DNA from: an uncultured bacterium
GTDB taxonomy: Bacteria; Krumholzibacteriota; Krumholzibacteriia; LZORAL124-64-63
Assembly (NCBI GenBank): GCA_963727525.1
Contig: CAVSGO010000007.1
Coordinates: forward strand, 416,001 to 480,000
Length of the DNA: 64,000 nucleotides
Direction: 5' to 3'
Each line of letters opens with the position of its first letter. The first letter of the stretch is position 1. Both the position numbers and the translations under genes were made by a program. Shown here piece after piece: positions 54,242 through 64,000 of this stretch. The notes under the pieces are model-generated. The model was not told the DNA's origin, did no database searches, and saw only the letters and a program-made list of their open reading frames with translations.

Positions 54242-55350
54242 GGCGGGGGCTGGGTGTCGTGCTCGCGCTCGGGCTCACGGTCGGGGTGGGGTTGGCCCAG
54301 GGACCGCGGCTCATGCCAGCGCCGCCCGACTCGGCCGCTGCGCCGCCGGACACGGCGGTTGCCACGCTGAGCGGTCCCTCGGCCTGGGGGCGGCCCGAGG
54401 CGATCCGTCTGTGGCCCACCTCCTCACGATTCGGCGCGGTGTCGGCGGTCGTCCTGGACTTCCCGCAGCGCGTGGCGTCGTTCGCGGCCGATTCCCTCGA
54501 CCTGGGGGCACCGTGGCTCGTGCCGGCCACCCCCCAACGGTCTGCCGACCGCCCATGGTGGCGGCGACTGCTGTCGCACGAACCGCGAGTGGACGGGCCG
54601 GATGTTTCCGATCTGCCCCCGGCAGCTCCGGGGACGTGGCGCACCGTCGTGCCGGCGCGGGTGTATCGCACGGGGCCGGTGCGGGTGGCCTGGGCCGGTG
54701 GCGCGATCGGCGAAGTGGTCCAGGTCGCGGGCGTCCTCTCCGATCCTTCCGCGGTCGCCGATATCCGGGATCCGCGCGGTCTCGGTTGGTACAGGCTGCG
54801 TATGCTCGTGGCGCTGCTCGCGGCACTGCTGATCGTGCTTCTGGTCTGGCGATTGCGACGTCGGCGGCGCCGCGCCGCCTTGCCGCCGGATCGCCCGCTC
54901 GTGCCGCCGGCCTGGTACGCGGCTGCGCATGCACTCTGGGGCCTCGACGCCGACGATCTGCCGGCTCGCGGGATGGGCCGGGACTTCCTGGACCGTCTCG
55001 CCGGGATTCTGCGCGCCTATCTGGCCGGCCGCTTCTGGTTGCCGGCCCCGGAGCTGACGGCGCAGGAGATCGCCGTAGCTGCCCTGGAGTCGGGCTGGCC
55101 GAAGGCCTGGTTGCGCGGCTTCGTGACACTGATCGCTGCCGCAGACGCTGATCGCTACGCGCCCTCGCCGATCGACGCTGCCCGCTGCCGGCGCGATCTG
55201 ACGACAGCGCTGTCGCTGATCGCCGCCGTCAGGATCGAGGCACGATACACGCCGGTGGACGTCATGGTGCGTACGGCTGGCGAGGAAGGCTGGGAACGGC
55301 TCCAGGAGAAGTACGGTAGCGCGGCCGCCCTGCAGGAGTCGCCATGCTGA
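54238..55350 (+). CDS. Bat-operon-associated membrane protein
   Basis: Signal peptide; 'DIRDP' then TM plus polybasic stretch; 'ELTAQEI'; located between DUF58 and batA. Confidence 0.7.
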   Translation: MRRGLGVVLALGLTVGVGLAQGPRLMPAPPDSAAAPPDTAVATLSGPSAWGRPEAIRLWPTSSRFGAVSAVVLDFPQRVASFAADSLDLGAPWLVPATPQRSADRPWWRRLLSHEPRVDGPDVSDLPPAAPGTWRTVVPARVYRTGPVRVAWAGGAIGEVVQVAGVLSDPSAVADIRDPRGLGWYRLRMLVALLAALLIVLLVWRLRRRRRRAALPPDRPLVPPAWYAAAHALWGLDADDLPARGMGRDFLDRLAGILRAYLAGRFWLPAPELTAQEIAVAALESGWPKAWLRGFVTLIAAADADRYAPSPIDAARCRRDLTTALSLIAAVRIEARYTPVDVMVRTAGEEGWERLQEKYGSAAALQESPC

Positions 55351-56333
55351 CTTTCGCTCATCCGTGGTTCCTGCTGGTGGCCGGGCCGGTGATCGCGCTC
55401 TTCTGGTGGCGACGGCGCCGGCCCGGCCAGCGCGCCGCGCTGCGCCATTCGCACGCCGATCTCTTCCGGCCGACCGGCACAACCTGGCGTCTACGCCTGC
55501 GCGCCATCGCGCCCTGGGTTTCCCTGGTAGCCCTCTTGCTGCTCGTGGTCGCCCTGGGGCAGCCGCGGCGCAGTTTCAGCAGCCAGGAGGTGGAGGGCCG
55601 CGGGATCGACATCATGATCGCCCTGGATATCAGCGGCAGCATGCGTGCGCTCGACTTCTCGCCCAAGGACCGACTCCAGGCCGCGAAGGATGTGATCCAC
55701 GACTTCATCGCGGGCCGACCTCACGATCGCATCGGCCTCGTGGTCTTCGCGGCCAAGGCGTTCACACAGTGCCCGGTGACGCTGGATCACCAGGTCCTGC
55801 TCGGATTCCTCGATGAGATCCGCGTGGGGCTCATCGACGACGGCACGGCCATCGGTCTCGGGCTCGCCACCGCCGTGGGAAGGCTGAGGCAGAGCCAGGC
55901 GGAGAGCAAGACCGTGATCCTGCTCACCGACGGGATGAACAATGTGCCCACGCTCGAGCCGGAAACCGCGGCGGAACTGGCCAGGACCCTCGGCGTACGG
56001 GTGTACACGGTGGCGATCGGACGTGAGGGCGTGGCGCCGTATCCCGTGGACGATCCCCTCTTCGGCCGGCGGATGCAGCAGATCGAGACGCACATCGACG
56101 AGAAACTTCTGCGCCGCATCGCCACGACCACCGGCGGCGAGATGTTTCGCGCGACCGACCCCGAGGCGCTTGCGAGCATCTTCGCGACGATCGACAAGCT
56201 CGAGACATCGCGGTACGAGACCCGGGTGTCGACATATCACAGGGAGATGATGGCCTGGTTCGCCGGACCCGCCCTGGTCCTGCTGCTGCTGAGCCATCTC
56301 GTGAGTTCGCTCTGGTTGCGGCGACTGCCGTGA
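55344..56333 (+). CDS. batA: vWA domain protein BatA
   Basis: 'FAHPWFL', MIDAS 'DISGSM', 'GTAIGLGL', 'LLTDG'. Confidence 0.92.
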   Translation: MLTFAHPWFLLVAGPVIALFWWRRRRPGQRAALRHSHADLFRPTGTTWRLRLRAIAPWVSLVALLLLVVALGQPRRSFSSQEVEGRGIDIMIALDISGSMRALDFSPKDRLQAAKDVIHDFIAGRPHDRIGLVVFAAKAFTQCPVTLDHQVLLGFLDEIRVGLIDDGTAIGLGLATAVGRLRQSQAESKTVILLTDGMNNVPTLEPETAAELARTLGVRVYTVAIGREGVAPYPVDDPLFGRRMQQIETHIDEKLLRRIATTTGGEMFRATDPEALASIFATIDKLETSRYETRVSTYHREMMAWFAGPALVLLLLSHLVSSLWLRRLP

Positions 56334-56353
56334 CGACGTGAAGTGAGGCGACG

Positions 56354-58291
56354 GTGCAGTTCGCGACACCTATCTGGTTGTGGGGCCTGATGGCCGTGCC
56401 GCTCCTGTGGCTGGTGCAGCGCGCGGCCGACCGGCGGGGAGACCGCCGCGCCCGCCAGCTCCTCGGCGAGGGGGCGGCGCAGCATCGCGAGGGGTGGAAT
56501 CCCCGGGTGCGCGGCTGGCGCCGCCTGTGCTTCCTTGCCGGGTTGTTCTGGCTGGTGGTGGCGCTGGCGCGGCCCCAGTGGGGAGCAAACGAGGTCACGG
56601 TGACCCAGCGAGGCAGCGATGTGGTGATCGCGCTCGACGTGTCCAATTCCATGCTTGCGGAAGACGAACCGCCCAGCCGGCTCGAGCGCGCGAAGGCCGA
56701 GCTCTCGAGCTTCCTGAAGAAGCTGCAGCGCAGCCGCGTCGGATTGGTGCTCTTCGCGGGTGAAGCTTTCGTCCAGTGCCCGTTGACGGCCGACTACGCC
56801 ACGGCCGACATCTTTCTGAGCATGGCCGCGCCGGACATGATCTCGGAGCAGGGCACGGCGCTGGCGTCGGCGCTCAAGACGAGCCACGACCTGTTGATCT
56901 CCGGTCGCGGCGAGGGCAAGGGTGGTGCATTCCAGGCCATCCTGCTCGTCACGGACGGCGAGGATCTCGAGGGCGACTGGGAGAAGGAAGCCCGGGCCTG
57001 CCGCGACGACGGCATCGTCGTCATCCCGGTGGGCATCGGCAAGGAGACGGGCGGGCTCGTGCCGGCCTTTGACAGCGAGGGCAATCCGAACGGCTACATG
57101 AAGGATCCCCAGGGCAATCTCGTGATGTCCCGCCTCGACATGGCGTCGCTCGAGAAGCTCGCGGACATCGGTGGTGCGTCGACGTTTCGAGTGGGAGTGG
57201 ACGGGCTGGCCGGAGACCGCCTGCGCACCGTGCTCGACAGGCTCGGCCAGCGCGACTTCGAGGAGAGGCGCATCAGTGCCTACCAGGAGCGGTTCCGCTG
57301 GCCCCTGGGTCTGGCCATCGCCGCGTTCCTGGTCGGCGCAGCGATCCAATCGCGTCGGCCGCGTCTCGCACCGACCGCCGCTGCCGCGACCGTGGCGCTA
57401 CTCGTCGCGCTGGGACTCGGCAGTTTCAGCCTGCCGGCACAGGCCGACCCGCTGCGCCCCGCCGGCGCGGATCTCGTGGGTCAAGGTCGCCAGCATTATG
57501 CCGCGGGCGAGTACGAGGATGCGCTCACCGATTTCGAGGCAGCGCGGGCGCTGAATCCCGATGATCCGCGGCTCAGCCTCGCGGTCGGGGAGGCGCTCAA
57601 TCGCCTCGGTCGCTACGACGATGCGCAGCGCGAGTTCGGCCGTGCGGTCGATCAGGCACACGAGCCGAATCTGCGGGCTGAAGGGCTCTACAACGCCGGC
57701 ACGAATGCTCTCGCCAAAGGCGACGCCAAGCAAGCGGCCGATCTTCTGCAACAGAGCCTGCGGCTGCAACCCGACCAGGACGACGCGTTGCGCAATCTCG
57801 AGGCGGCGCTTGCACGCATACAGCAGCAGAAGCAGCAGGATTCAGATCAGCAGGACCAGAAGGACCAGAAGGACCAGAAGGACAAGAAGGATCAGAAGGA
57901 CAAGCAGGACCAGAAGGGCGATCAGGACCAGCAGAACCAGCGAGATCAGAATCAACAGCAAGACCAGAAGCAGCAACAGGGCCAGCAGGACAAGCAGGAC
58001 CAGCAAGGCCAGCAGGATCAGCAGCAGCAAGACGAGCAGCAGCAGAACCAGCAGGACCAGAACCAGCAGGACCAGAACCAGGACCAGGACCAACTGCAAC
58101 AGCAGGGCCATGACGATCAGCAGGAGGATGCCAATCAGCAGACCCAGCCGACCGAGCCCACGCAGGAACAGCTCGACAAGGAACGGGCGATGCAGATACT
58201 CAAGGCGCTCGATCGCGACGAGGAGACACTCAAGCGCTCGATCCAGCGGCGGTTGCAGGGCCATCCCACCAAGAGCGGGAAGCGATGGTGA
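56354..58291 (+). CDS. batB: BatB-BatC fusion (vWA, TPR, Q/D/K-rich tail)
   Basis: 'ALARPQWG', 'DVSNSM', 'LLVTDGED', TPRs, low-complexity Gln tract, terminal 'KRW'. Confidence 0.88.
   Translation: MQFATPIWLWGLMAVPLLWLVQRAADRRGDRRARQLLGEGAAQHREGWNPRVRGWRRLCFLAGLFWLVVALARPQWGANEVTVTQRGSDVVIALDVSNSMLAEDEPPSRLERAKAELSSFLKKLQRSRVGLVLFAGEAFVQCPLTADYATADIFLSMAAPDMISEQGTALASALKTSHDLLISGRGEGKGGAFQAILLVTDGEDLEGDWEKEARACRDDGIVVIPVGIGKETGGLVPAFDSEGNPNGYMKDPQGNLVMSRLDMASLEKLADIGGASTFRVGVDGLAGDRLRTVLDRLGQRDFEERRISAYQERFRWPLGLAIAAFLVGAAIQSRRPRLAPTAAAATVALLVALGLGSFSLPAQADPLRPAGADLVGQGRQHYAAGEYEDALTDFEAARALNPDDPRLSLAVGEALNRLGRYDDAQREFGRAVDQAHEPNLRAEGLYNAGTNALAKGDAKQAADLLQQSLRLQPDQDDALRNLEAALARIQQQKQQDSDQQDQKDQKDQKDKKDQKDKQDQKGDQDQQNQRDQNQQQDQKQQQGQQDKQDQQGQQDQQQQDEQQQNQQDQNQQDQNQDQDQLQQQGHDDQQEDANQQTQPTEPTQEQLDKERAMQILKALDRDEETLKRSIQRRLQGHPTKSGKRW
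57820..58145 (+). repeat. Low-complexity CAG/GAC/AAG codon repeats (Gln/Asp/Lys-rich linker)
   Basis: e.g. GACCAGAAG repeats within the BatC-like tail. Confidence 0.9.
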
Positions 58292-60951
58292 CAGTGCGTC
58301 GAGAGGTCGCGACCAGCCTGCTCGTGCTGCTCACCCTCGTGGTCGGGCTGGCCTCGTCGGCATCAGCGACGTTGCAGTGCGAGGCCAAAGTCGACCGCAC
58401 GACGATCACGAGCGGGGATGCCGTGGTGCTCACCGTCACGGCGCGAGGCGACTTCGGCCGCATACCCAGCATCGCGGCGCCGACGATCACCGGAGTCGAC
58501 GTCGCCTCGGGCGGCACGAGCCAGAGCTTCAGCTTCGTCAACGGCGCGACCGAAGCTTCGTACGCTGTCACGTACTACCTCCAGGTCCGGCGGCCGGACA
58601 ACTTCACGGTCCCGGCGCTGGAGGTGAAGACCGGGCGTGAACGGTGCGCGACGGATCCCATCGCGATCACGGTGAGCGGATCGGCCGGTGTGCCTCCGGG
58701 TACCAGCGGCAACCGTCAGCCACGGCCACCCCAGTTCCCGAAAACGCCCCCGGCGAACCAGGCCGCCCCGCGTGGAAGTGGGCCCGCCGCCGGCCGCCCC
58801 GGCGACGAGATCTTCGTGACCACGTCCGTCGACCACGACGTCGCCTGGGTGGGTGAGCAGATCATCCTCAGCTTCAAGTACTTTCGCCGGGTGAACCCCT
58901 GGGACAACCCAAGCTACGACCCGCCGAAGACCGAGGGTTGCTGGCGGCTCGATCTGCCGCCTGAACGCAACTATCGCCAGACCGTCAACGGGCTCATGTA
59001 CCAGGTGACAGAGATCCGCTACGCGCTCTTCGCGACGGACCCCGGCAAGCTGGAGGTCGGACCGGCGCGACTGACGTTTCCACAGGATCCCTTCGCGCGG
59101 CTCTTCCCCGGGCGGCGCAAGTCCCAAGATCTCGCGACGGCGCCCCTGACGGTGACGGTGAAGGAGCTGCCGCTGCCACGCCCCGCGGATTTCAGCGGCC
59201 TCGTCGCCAGCGAGATCGAGCTCACGGCCACGGTCGATCGCGATACCGTACCGCGTGGCGAACCGGTGAGTCTGGACCTGCGCCTGCGTGCGGACGCGTT
59301 CCTCAAAAGCTTCTCCGGTCTCACCGTCCCGGCACCTGTAGCGGCGCGCCTGCACGACGCCAAAGAGGACCTGCGCGAGGACGTGTCGGGTCCGCGCTAT
59401 CGCGCCACGTTGACGCAGGAGAAGGTCCTCGTCCCGACGCAGGAGGGAACGCTGCAGGTTCCTGCGGTCACCCTGCGTTACTTCGATCCGCTGCGAGCCC
59501 AGTACGTTCTCGCATCGAGCGAACCGCACGCGGTTGTCGTGACCGGGAGCGATCTGCCCGTGGCGGGCGACGAACCATCAGGCTTCCGGCGCACGGAGAT
59601 CGAGCGTCTCAGCCACGATCTCGCGTTCATCCATCCTGTCACGGGTCGCCTCGGGCGATCCCACCGACCATGGCCCGAGCGCCCGCTCTGGTGGGCCCTC
59701 GTCGCGTTGCCGCTGGTAGTCCTGGCGGGGCTGCGGCTGGCGCTGCGTCGGCGTGCTGCCGCTCTGCGCGATCCGGCGGGCGTGCGGCGTCGGCGGGCTC
59801 TGGCCGACGCCCGCAAGCTCCTGGCGACGGTGCCTCGCAGCCTCGATCCGCAGGACCAGCTCACGACCATCGCGGCCGCCATCACTGGCTACGTCGCCGA
59901 CCGCACGAACCGAGCGGCGGCTGGACTCACCGGTGCCGAGGTCCGCGCTCATGGCGAGCGCTTGGGACGGCCGGAGGTGGGGGTGCGGCTGGCACGGGCT
60001 CTCGGGCAGTGTGACAGCGTCCGTTTCGGAGGCGCCCAGGTGGCCAATCCGCTCGCGCTGGCAACCGAGGTCGCAGATCTTCTCGCGCAGCTCGATCACG
60101 GCGACCAGTCCAGCGCCGCCGGGCGTGGCGTGACGACCGTGCTCGTCTGCATCCTCGCCATGGGGCTGGTCACGGTGAGCCGGGCTGCGACGACGGAACC
60201 CGCGGCCGGTCCAGCGCCGGGCGCCGATCCGGCGCGCCTCGTCGCCGAGGGCAATCAGGCCTACACGGACGGGGACATCGCCACCGCCCTCGCGCGCTAC
60301 CAGGCGGCTCGCGATGCGGGGACCGACGATGCGCTGCTCGACTACGACCTCGGCAACGCCTATGCGCGCGACGGTCGGCTCGGCCGAGCGATCGCCAGCT
60401 ACCTGCGGTCGTTGCGCAAGAATCCGCGCGATCACGATGCCCGGGCCAACCTGGCCTGGGTGCGCAGCCACACGCGAGACCTGGAACTAGGCAGCCGCCA
60501 TCTGCCTCCCGTGGTGGCACAGATCGACGCGGCCCTCGGTCGCGTCAGCCTGAACGAGTGGAGCCTGGTGACCCTCCTTCTCGTCTGGGCGACCGCCGGC
60601 CTGCTCGCGCTGGTCTGGTGGCGGGGCTATCTCGGCGAAGGATTGAGGCGCGGACTGATCGCGGCGATCACGTGCCTGGCGATCGCGGGGGGCGTGACGA
60701 TCGAGCGCTGGATCGCGGAACGTGTCCGTGACGTGGCCGTCGTCATCGCCGACGAGGCCGAGGTACGCAGCGGTCCGGCCACGAGCTTCCCGGTGGCGTT
60801 CCGCGTCCACGATGGTCTCACACTCACCGTGCGCGGCGAGCACGACGACTGGGCGCGCATCGGGCTCGGCGGCGAGTGGGTCGGATGGGTTCCCCAGGGT
60901 ACCCTCGAACGGGTTCGTCGCCCGCTGAGCGCTCACGCGCCGGGGCGGTAG
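58285..60951 (+). CDS. batD: BatD-BatE fusion (BatD repeats, TM, TPR, SH3-like)
   Basis: 'VDRTTI', 'SQSFSFVNG', 'VKELP..RPADFSG'; TPR 'YDLGNAY'; SH3b-like 'VRSGP..FRVHDG...GWVP'. Confidence 0.88.
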   Translation: MVTVRREVATSLLVLLTLVVGLASSASATLQCEAKVDRTTITSGDAVVLTVTARGDFGRIPSIAAPTITGVDVASGGTSQSFSFVNGATEASYAVTYYLQVRRPDNFTVPALEVKTGRERCATDPIAITVSGSAGVPPGTSGNRQPRPPQFPKTPPANQAAPRGSGPAAGRPGDEIFVTTSVDHDVAWVGEQIILSFKYFRRVNPWDNPSYDPPKTEGCWRLDLPPERNYRQTVNGLMYQVTEIRYALFATDPGKLEVGPARLTFPQDPFARLFPGRRKSQDLATAPLTVTVKELPLPRPADFSGLVASEIELTATVDRDTVPRGEPVSLDLRLRADAFLKSFSGLTVPAPVAARLHDAKEDLREDVSGPRYRATLTQEKVLVPTQEGTLQVPAVTLRYFDPLRAQYVLASSEPHAVVVTGSDLPVAGDEPSGFRRTEIERLSHDLAFIHPVTGRLGRSHRPWPERPLWWALVALPLVVLAGLRLALRRRAAALRDPAGVRRRRALADARKLLATVPRSLDPQDQLTTIAAAITGYVADRTNRAAAGLTGAEVRAHGERLGRPEVGVRLARALGQCDSVRFGGAQVANPLALATEVADLLAQLDHGDQSSAAGRGVTTVLVCILAMGLVTVSRAATTEPAAGPAPGADPARLVAEGNQAYTDGDIATALARYQAARDAGTDDALLDYDLGNAYARDGRLGRAIASYLRSLRKNPRDHDARANLAWVRSHTRDLELGSRHLPPVVAQIDAALGRVSLNEWSLVTLLLVWATAGLLALVWWRGYLGEGLRRGLIAAITCLAIAGGVTIERWIAERVRDVAVVIADEAEVRSGPATSFPVAFRVHDGLTLTVRGEHDDWARIGLGGEWVGWVPQGTLERVRRPLSAHAPGR

Positions 60952-61298
60952 GTGGCCTCGTTGTTCGGGCTTTCGCAGACCGTCACATCGGCCAGGAGCG
61001 GCAGCGCCGTCTTCAACGCGTCGTAGATGTAGATCGCCAGACGCTCGGCCGTGGGGTTCTCGAGGCCGGGAATCTCGTTGAGATCCGCGTGGTCGAACCG
61101 CAGCCGTAGTGGCCGGAACGCCGCCTTCACCTCGCCATAGTCCTGGACCCATCCGAGTGCCGGGTCGAGCGGTCCCTCGAGTCCGATGATCACGCGATAG
61201 CTGTGACCATGGACCCGGCCGCACTTGTGTCCGGGGGGAACATGGGGAAGATGATGTGCGGCAGCGAATTCGAACGCCTTGGTGATCCGGCAGCGCAT
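60933..61298 (-). CDS. queD: 6-carboxy-5,6,7,8-tetrahydropterin synthase
   Basis: 'FAAAHHLP..GHKCGRVHGHSY', 'DHADLNEIPGLENPTAE', 'ESP'. Confidence 0.95.
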   Translation of the reverse strand: MRCRITKAFEFAAAHHLPHVPPGHKCGRVHGHSYRVIIGLEGPLDPALGWVQDYGEVKAAFRPLRLRFDHADLNEIPGLENPTAERLAIYIYDALKTALPLLADVTVCESPNNEATYRPGA

Positions 61299-61429
61299 GA
61301 GACCTCCTGAGCCTGGGCCGCGAAAATAAAGCCCGGACGTAAAAATCTGTCAACTTCCGCCCGTGCTGGCCGAACGAAACGTGGAGTCAGGAATGTTCCC
61401 GTTCCACCGCGCTCGCGGCGAGGTTCGCC

Positions 61430-63232
61430 TTGGTTCACGGTCCGCACGATTCGCATTGCGCGCAAGACGCTTCCGGGGCGCCGGTCGAGACGACAGCGAC
61501 GCCGACCAGCGTCGTGAGCGGTGCCGACAGGCTCGTCGCCGGGCGCGGCGTCGATCCGCTGGCGCTGCTGCGCGCAAGCTTCGCCGAGATGAACGGCCTG
61601 GCCAGGCCCGCCGACTATGCCGAATTCTTCGCCCAGGTCGCCTCGCGCGCGAATCTGCGCATGCTGCTGCTCAAGCGCTGGCGCTCGGGGTTGCAGGTCA
61701 TCCTGGAACGGAACGTTGCGCTTCCGCAGGAAGCGAAGTCCAAGCGCACGGACGGCCGCGCGCCGATTCCCTTCGACAAGGACGACATCTTCAGCGCTTG
61801 CGCCGAGGAGGTCCAGGTCTATGCCGGACCGGTTCCCGCGAAGCACTTTCCGCTCGACCTGACGCTGCTGCTCGGACGTGGCGCGCGCGACCGCCGGATC
61901 GTGCTCCTGCCACTGCCGTCGCGCGATCACTGGAACACGTTCGTCTACCTCGATGCCGATCACGGGAATGACCAGGCGCTCACGGTGGCCGAACTACTCG
62001 CATACCACGCCCTCACCCGGCTCCAGCTCCTGCAGCACGGCGAGATGGCGCGCGAGGGCAAGGTGGCCGGGATTCTCAAACTCGAGCAGCTCCGACGTCG
62101 CGAGCGGACCGAGGCGCGACGGGCCCGACTCTCTTCCATGGAGCCGGCGGATCCCGAGGGCTCGACGGTTCCGCTGGCAGGCACGCACCCTTCGGCGCCT
62201 GTGGTCATCGCCACGCCGGGCGACGAGCTGGCGTCCCTGGCGAGCGATCTGCCGGCGTCCGCCATACGCGCGCACGAGGCGCAACTCGCCGCCGACAACA
62301 TCGTCAACGCCTGGGAGGCGGCCGTCCTCGGGAGCCGAGGCGGCGAGGAGGATCGCCAGGCCCAGCGTATCGCGAACGTGTCCTACAAGCCTGGAACGCC
62401 GATGGATCCGCAGGATATCCTGCACCGCAGCGGCGAGCTTCCCGCGCTACCGAAAGCGGCCGTGCATATCCTCTCGGTCATCGAAGATCCCCGCACCACC
62501 GCCACTCGCCTCGAACGGGCCGTGGCCATGGATCAGGCGCTCACGGCGAAGATCCTGCGCATCGCCAACAGTCCATTCTACGGTGCCGTACGGGAGATCA
62601 AGACCGTCAGTGAGGCCATCGTGCGGCTCGGCTTCGTCACGATCCGCAACTGGACGCTGGTGACCGCCACGAAATCGGTCTTCCTGGCACCGGGGGCAGG
62701 ATTGCTCTTCCAGAAGATCTGGCGCCAGTCCGTGATCTCGGCCATGGCGGGCCAGCTCGTGGCTCAGGCGCTCTCGCCTGGAGACCCGGAGACCGCGTTT
62801 CTGGGCGGCTTGATGCAGAATATCGGCCAGCTCGTGCTCGCGCGTAGCCAGCCGGAGCTCTTCCAGCAGGTGCTGACGATCTCGGCGGAGGAACATCTGC
62901 CCTATCACGTGGTGGAGCAGGAGATGCTCGGCTTCGACCATGGCGATCTGGGTGCCCTGCTGATCAACGAGTGGAACCTCAGCGAGGAACTCGAGCAGGC
63001 CGTGCGCTGGCACCACCGGCTGGAACATCCGGACGCGAAGAACCGCCGCCTCGCCGCGATGATCGCCCTTGGCGAGGAAGTGGCCGCGTGCACCGGCAGC
63101 GTTGCCGAGGATCTGGATCTGCGCTGGGAGCAGAGCCAGGCGGCGGCCGCCCTCGGTGTGCCGGCCGGCGTGTTCAGCCGCCTGCGCGAGCAAGCCCGCA
63201 CGTTGAGTATCGACCCCGGCTTCTTCAGCTAG
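61430..63232 (+). CDS. HDOD-domain signalling protein with uncharacterised N-terminal region
   Basis: 'LPALP', 'DQALTAKILRIANSPFYG', 'AIVRLG', 'GFDHGDLG..L..WNL', 'WHH'; start uncertain. Confidence 0.85.
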   Translation: MVHGPHDSHCAQDASGAPVETTATPTSVVSGADRLVAGRGVDPLALLRASFAEMNGLARPADYAEFFAQVASRANLRMLLLKRWRSGLQVILERNVALPQEAKSKRTDGRAPIPFDKDDIFSACAEEVQVYAGPVPAKHFPLDLTLLLGRGARDRRIVLLPLPSRDHWNTFVYLDADHGNDQALTVAELLAYHALTRLQLLQHGEMAREGKVAGILKLEQLRRRERTEARRARLSSMEPADPEGSTVPLAGTHPSAPVVIATPGDELASLASDLPASAIRAHEAQLAADNIVNAWEAAVLGSRGGEEDRQAQRIANVSYKPGTPMDPQDILHRSGELPALPKAAVHILSVIEDPRTTATRLERAVAMDQALTAKILRIANSPFYGAVREIKTVSEAIVRLGFVTIRNWTLVTATKSVFLAPGAGLLFQKIWRQSVISAMAGQLVAQALSPGDPETAFLGGLMQNIGQLVLARSQPELFQQVLTISAEEHLPYHVVEQEMLGFDHGDLGALLINEWNLSEELEQAVRWHHRLEHPDAKNRRLAAMIALGEEVAACTGSVAEDLDLRWEQSQAAAALGVPAGVFSRLREQARTLSIDPGFFS

Positions 63233-63235
63233 CCA

Positions 63236-64000
63236 TCAGCGCACGAGCGCCATCCGTTTCACGAAATGACGCTGGTCAGGAGTCGTCATGCGGGCGAAGT
63301 ACGTGCCCGAGGCGACACGCCGGTCCTGCTGGTCGTGTCCCCGCCAAACGATCGTGTGATGCCCGATCGGCCGGTTCTCGTCGAGCAACGTGGTGACGCG
63401 CCGGCCGTCGAGGGAGTAGATCTCGATGATCACCCGCCCCGGCTGGGCTATGTCGAAGGCGATCGTCGCGGCCGGGTTGAACGGGTTCGGATAAGGCGAG
63501 AACAGGCGGGTCGCGCGCGGCACCTCGCCGCCACCGTTCCCCTCATCGTCGGATCGATCGGGTTCCACAAGGGTGTGGAGACGGTCCACAGGGAGCTGGG
63601 TGACGATCTGGACGCGCGAGTTGCCGGGCCAGCTCACGATGACGCTGTCGACCGTGGTGGAGGCGCCGAGGCCGAAGGCCAGCCTCTTCATATCCTGGCA
63701 ACGCGAGCCGCCGCCGCCGGACACCTCGCGCAACTGGCTCTTGCCTCCGGCCACGAGGCGGACCCGCGCCCCGATGGCATCAGCATTCGCGCTCGTGCCG
63801 CGAAGATCGAACTCGACCCAGTGGCCGCGTTGCATCGTGTTGCGCAGCAGGAAATTCGGCGCGTTCTTGCGTACGATCACCAGATCGACCCCGCCGTCTC
63901 CATCGAAATCGCCGGCCGCGACTCCGGTGATGGCCGAGTCCAGCCCCGGCGTCAGCAGTTCTGACCTGAGGAACGACATCTCGCCGTAGTTCATCAGCAG
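63236..64000 (-). CDS. FG-GAP/ASPIC-UnbV (CRTAC1-like) protein with C-terminal FlgD-Ig domain; 5'-truncated by the window edge
   Basis: 'GDFDGDGGVDL', 'NADAIGARV', 'FGLG...VDSVIVSWP', 'PYPNPFNP...ASGTYF'. Confidence 0.85.
   Translation of the reverse strand: MLMNYGEMSFLRSELLTPGLDSAITGVAAGDFDGDGGVDLVIVRKNAPNFLLRNTMQRGHWVEFDLRGTSANADAIGARVRLVAGGKSQLREVSGGGGSRCQDMKRLAFGLGASTTVDSVIVSWPGNSRVQIVTQLPVDRLHTLVEPDRSDDEGNGGGEVPRATRLFSPYPNPFNPAATIAFDIAQPGRVIIEIYSLDGRRVTTLLDENRPIGHHTIVWRGHDQQDRRVASGTYFARMTTPDQRHFVKRMALVR

Noticed and set aside
57842-58264. Poly-Leu/Val minus-strand ORF resembling a membrane protein
   Set aside because: It is the reverse complement of the Gln/Asp-rich BatC linker.
60933-60951. 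19-bp convergent overlap of batD and queD as a regulatory feature
   Set aside because: Short 3' overlaps are common in GC-rich genomes, and nothing else supports a function.
61299-61360. preQ1 riboswitch upstream of queD
   Set aside because: No recognisable preQ1 stem-loop with A-rich tail on the minus strand.

Overview
GC-rich bacterial chromosomal segment, densely coding (about 56 genes plus one tRNA). Two proteins end in PNPxNP-type FlgD-Ig tails, and there is a Bat operon and a DUF507 pair, which suggests an FCB-affiliated diderm such as Krumholzibacteriota/Latescibacterota (inference). Left to right: a partial propeller/Y_Y_Y hybrid histidine kinase; a PhnCDE-like ABC importer; class II CPD photolyase, a deleted-gene scar and a DUF523-DUF1722 (RudS-like) gene; fpr; a sod-Rrf2-sufCBD-Rieske-sufSU-sufT operon; a tRNA-Asn 3'-end fragment (possible att site); an outer-membrane barrel-MntR-MntH(Usp) operon with tandem operators; a GT-C/TPR protein; pntAA/AB/B; and hemE-hemN-hemH-hemY translationally coupled to a 1522-aa acyl-CoA-synthetase-like/kinase-like/GNAT fusion. 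These are followed by an MFS transporter, ppx, tRNA-fMet, ftsB, eno; an ECF sigma/anti-sigma/bactofilin-like membrane protein trio; a secreted HEXXH protein; a GH32-like protein; a TPR/TonB-C/TolB-like trio; an 18-bp tandem array; an unannotated 33-aa secreted-peptide ORF; GT4; the DUF507 pair; the moxR-bat operon; queD; an HDOD protein; and a partial ASPIC/UnbV protein. The best candidate for an undescribed system is the heme-operon-coupled ANL/pseudokinase/GNAT protein. All calls come from motif recognition by eye; no database searches were run.
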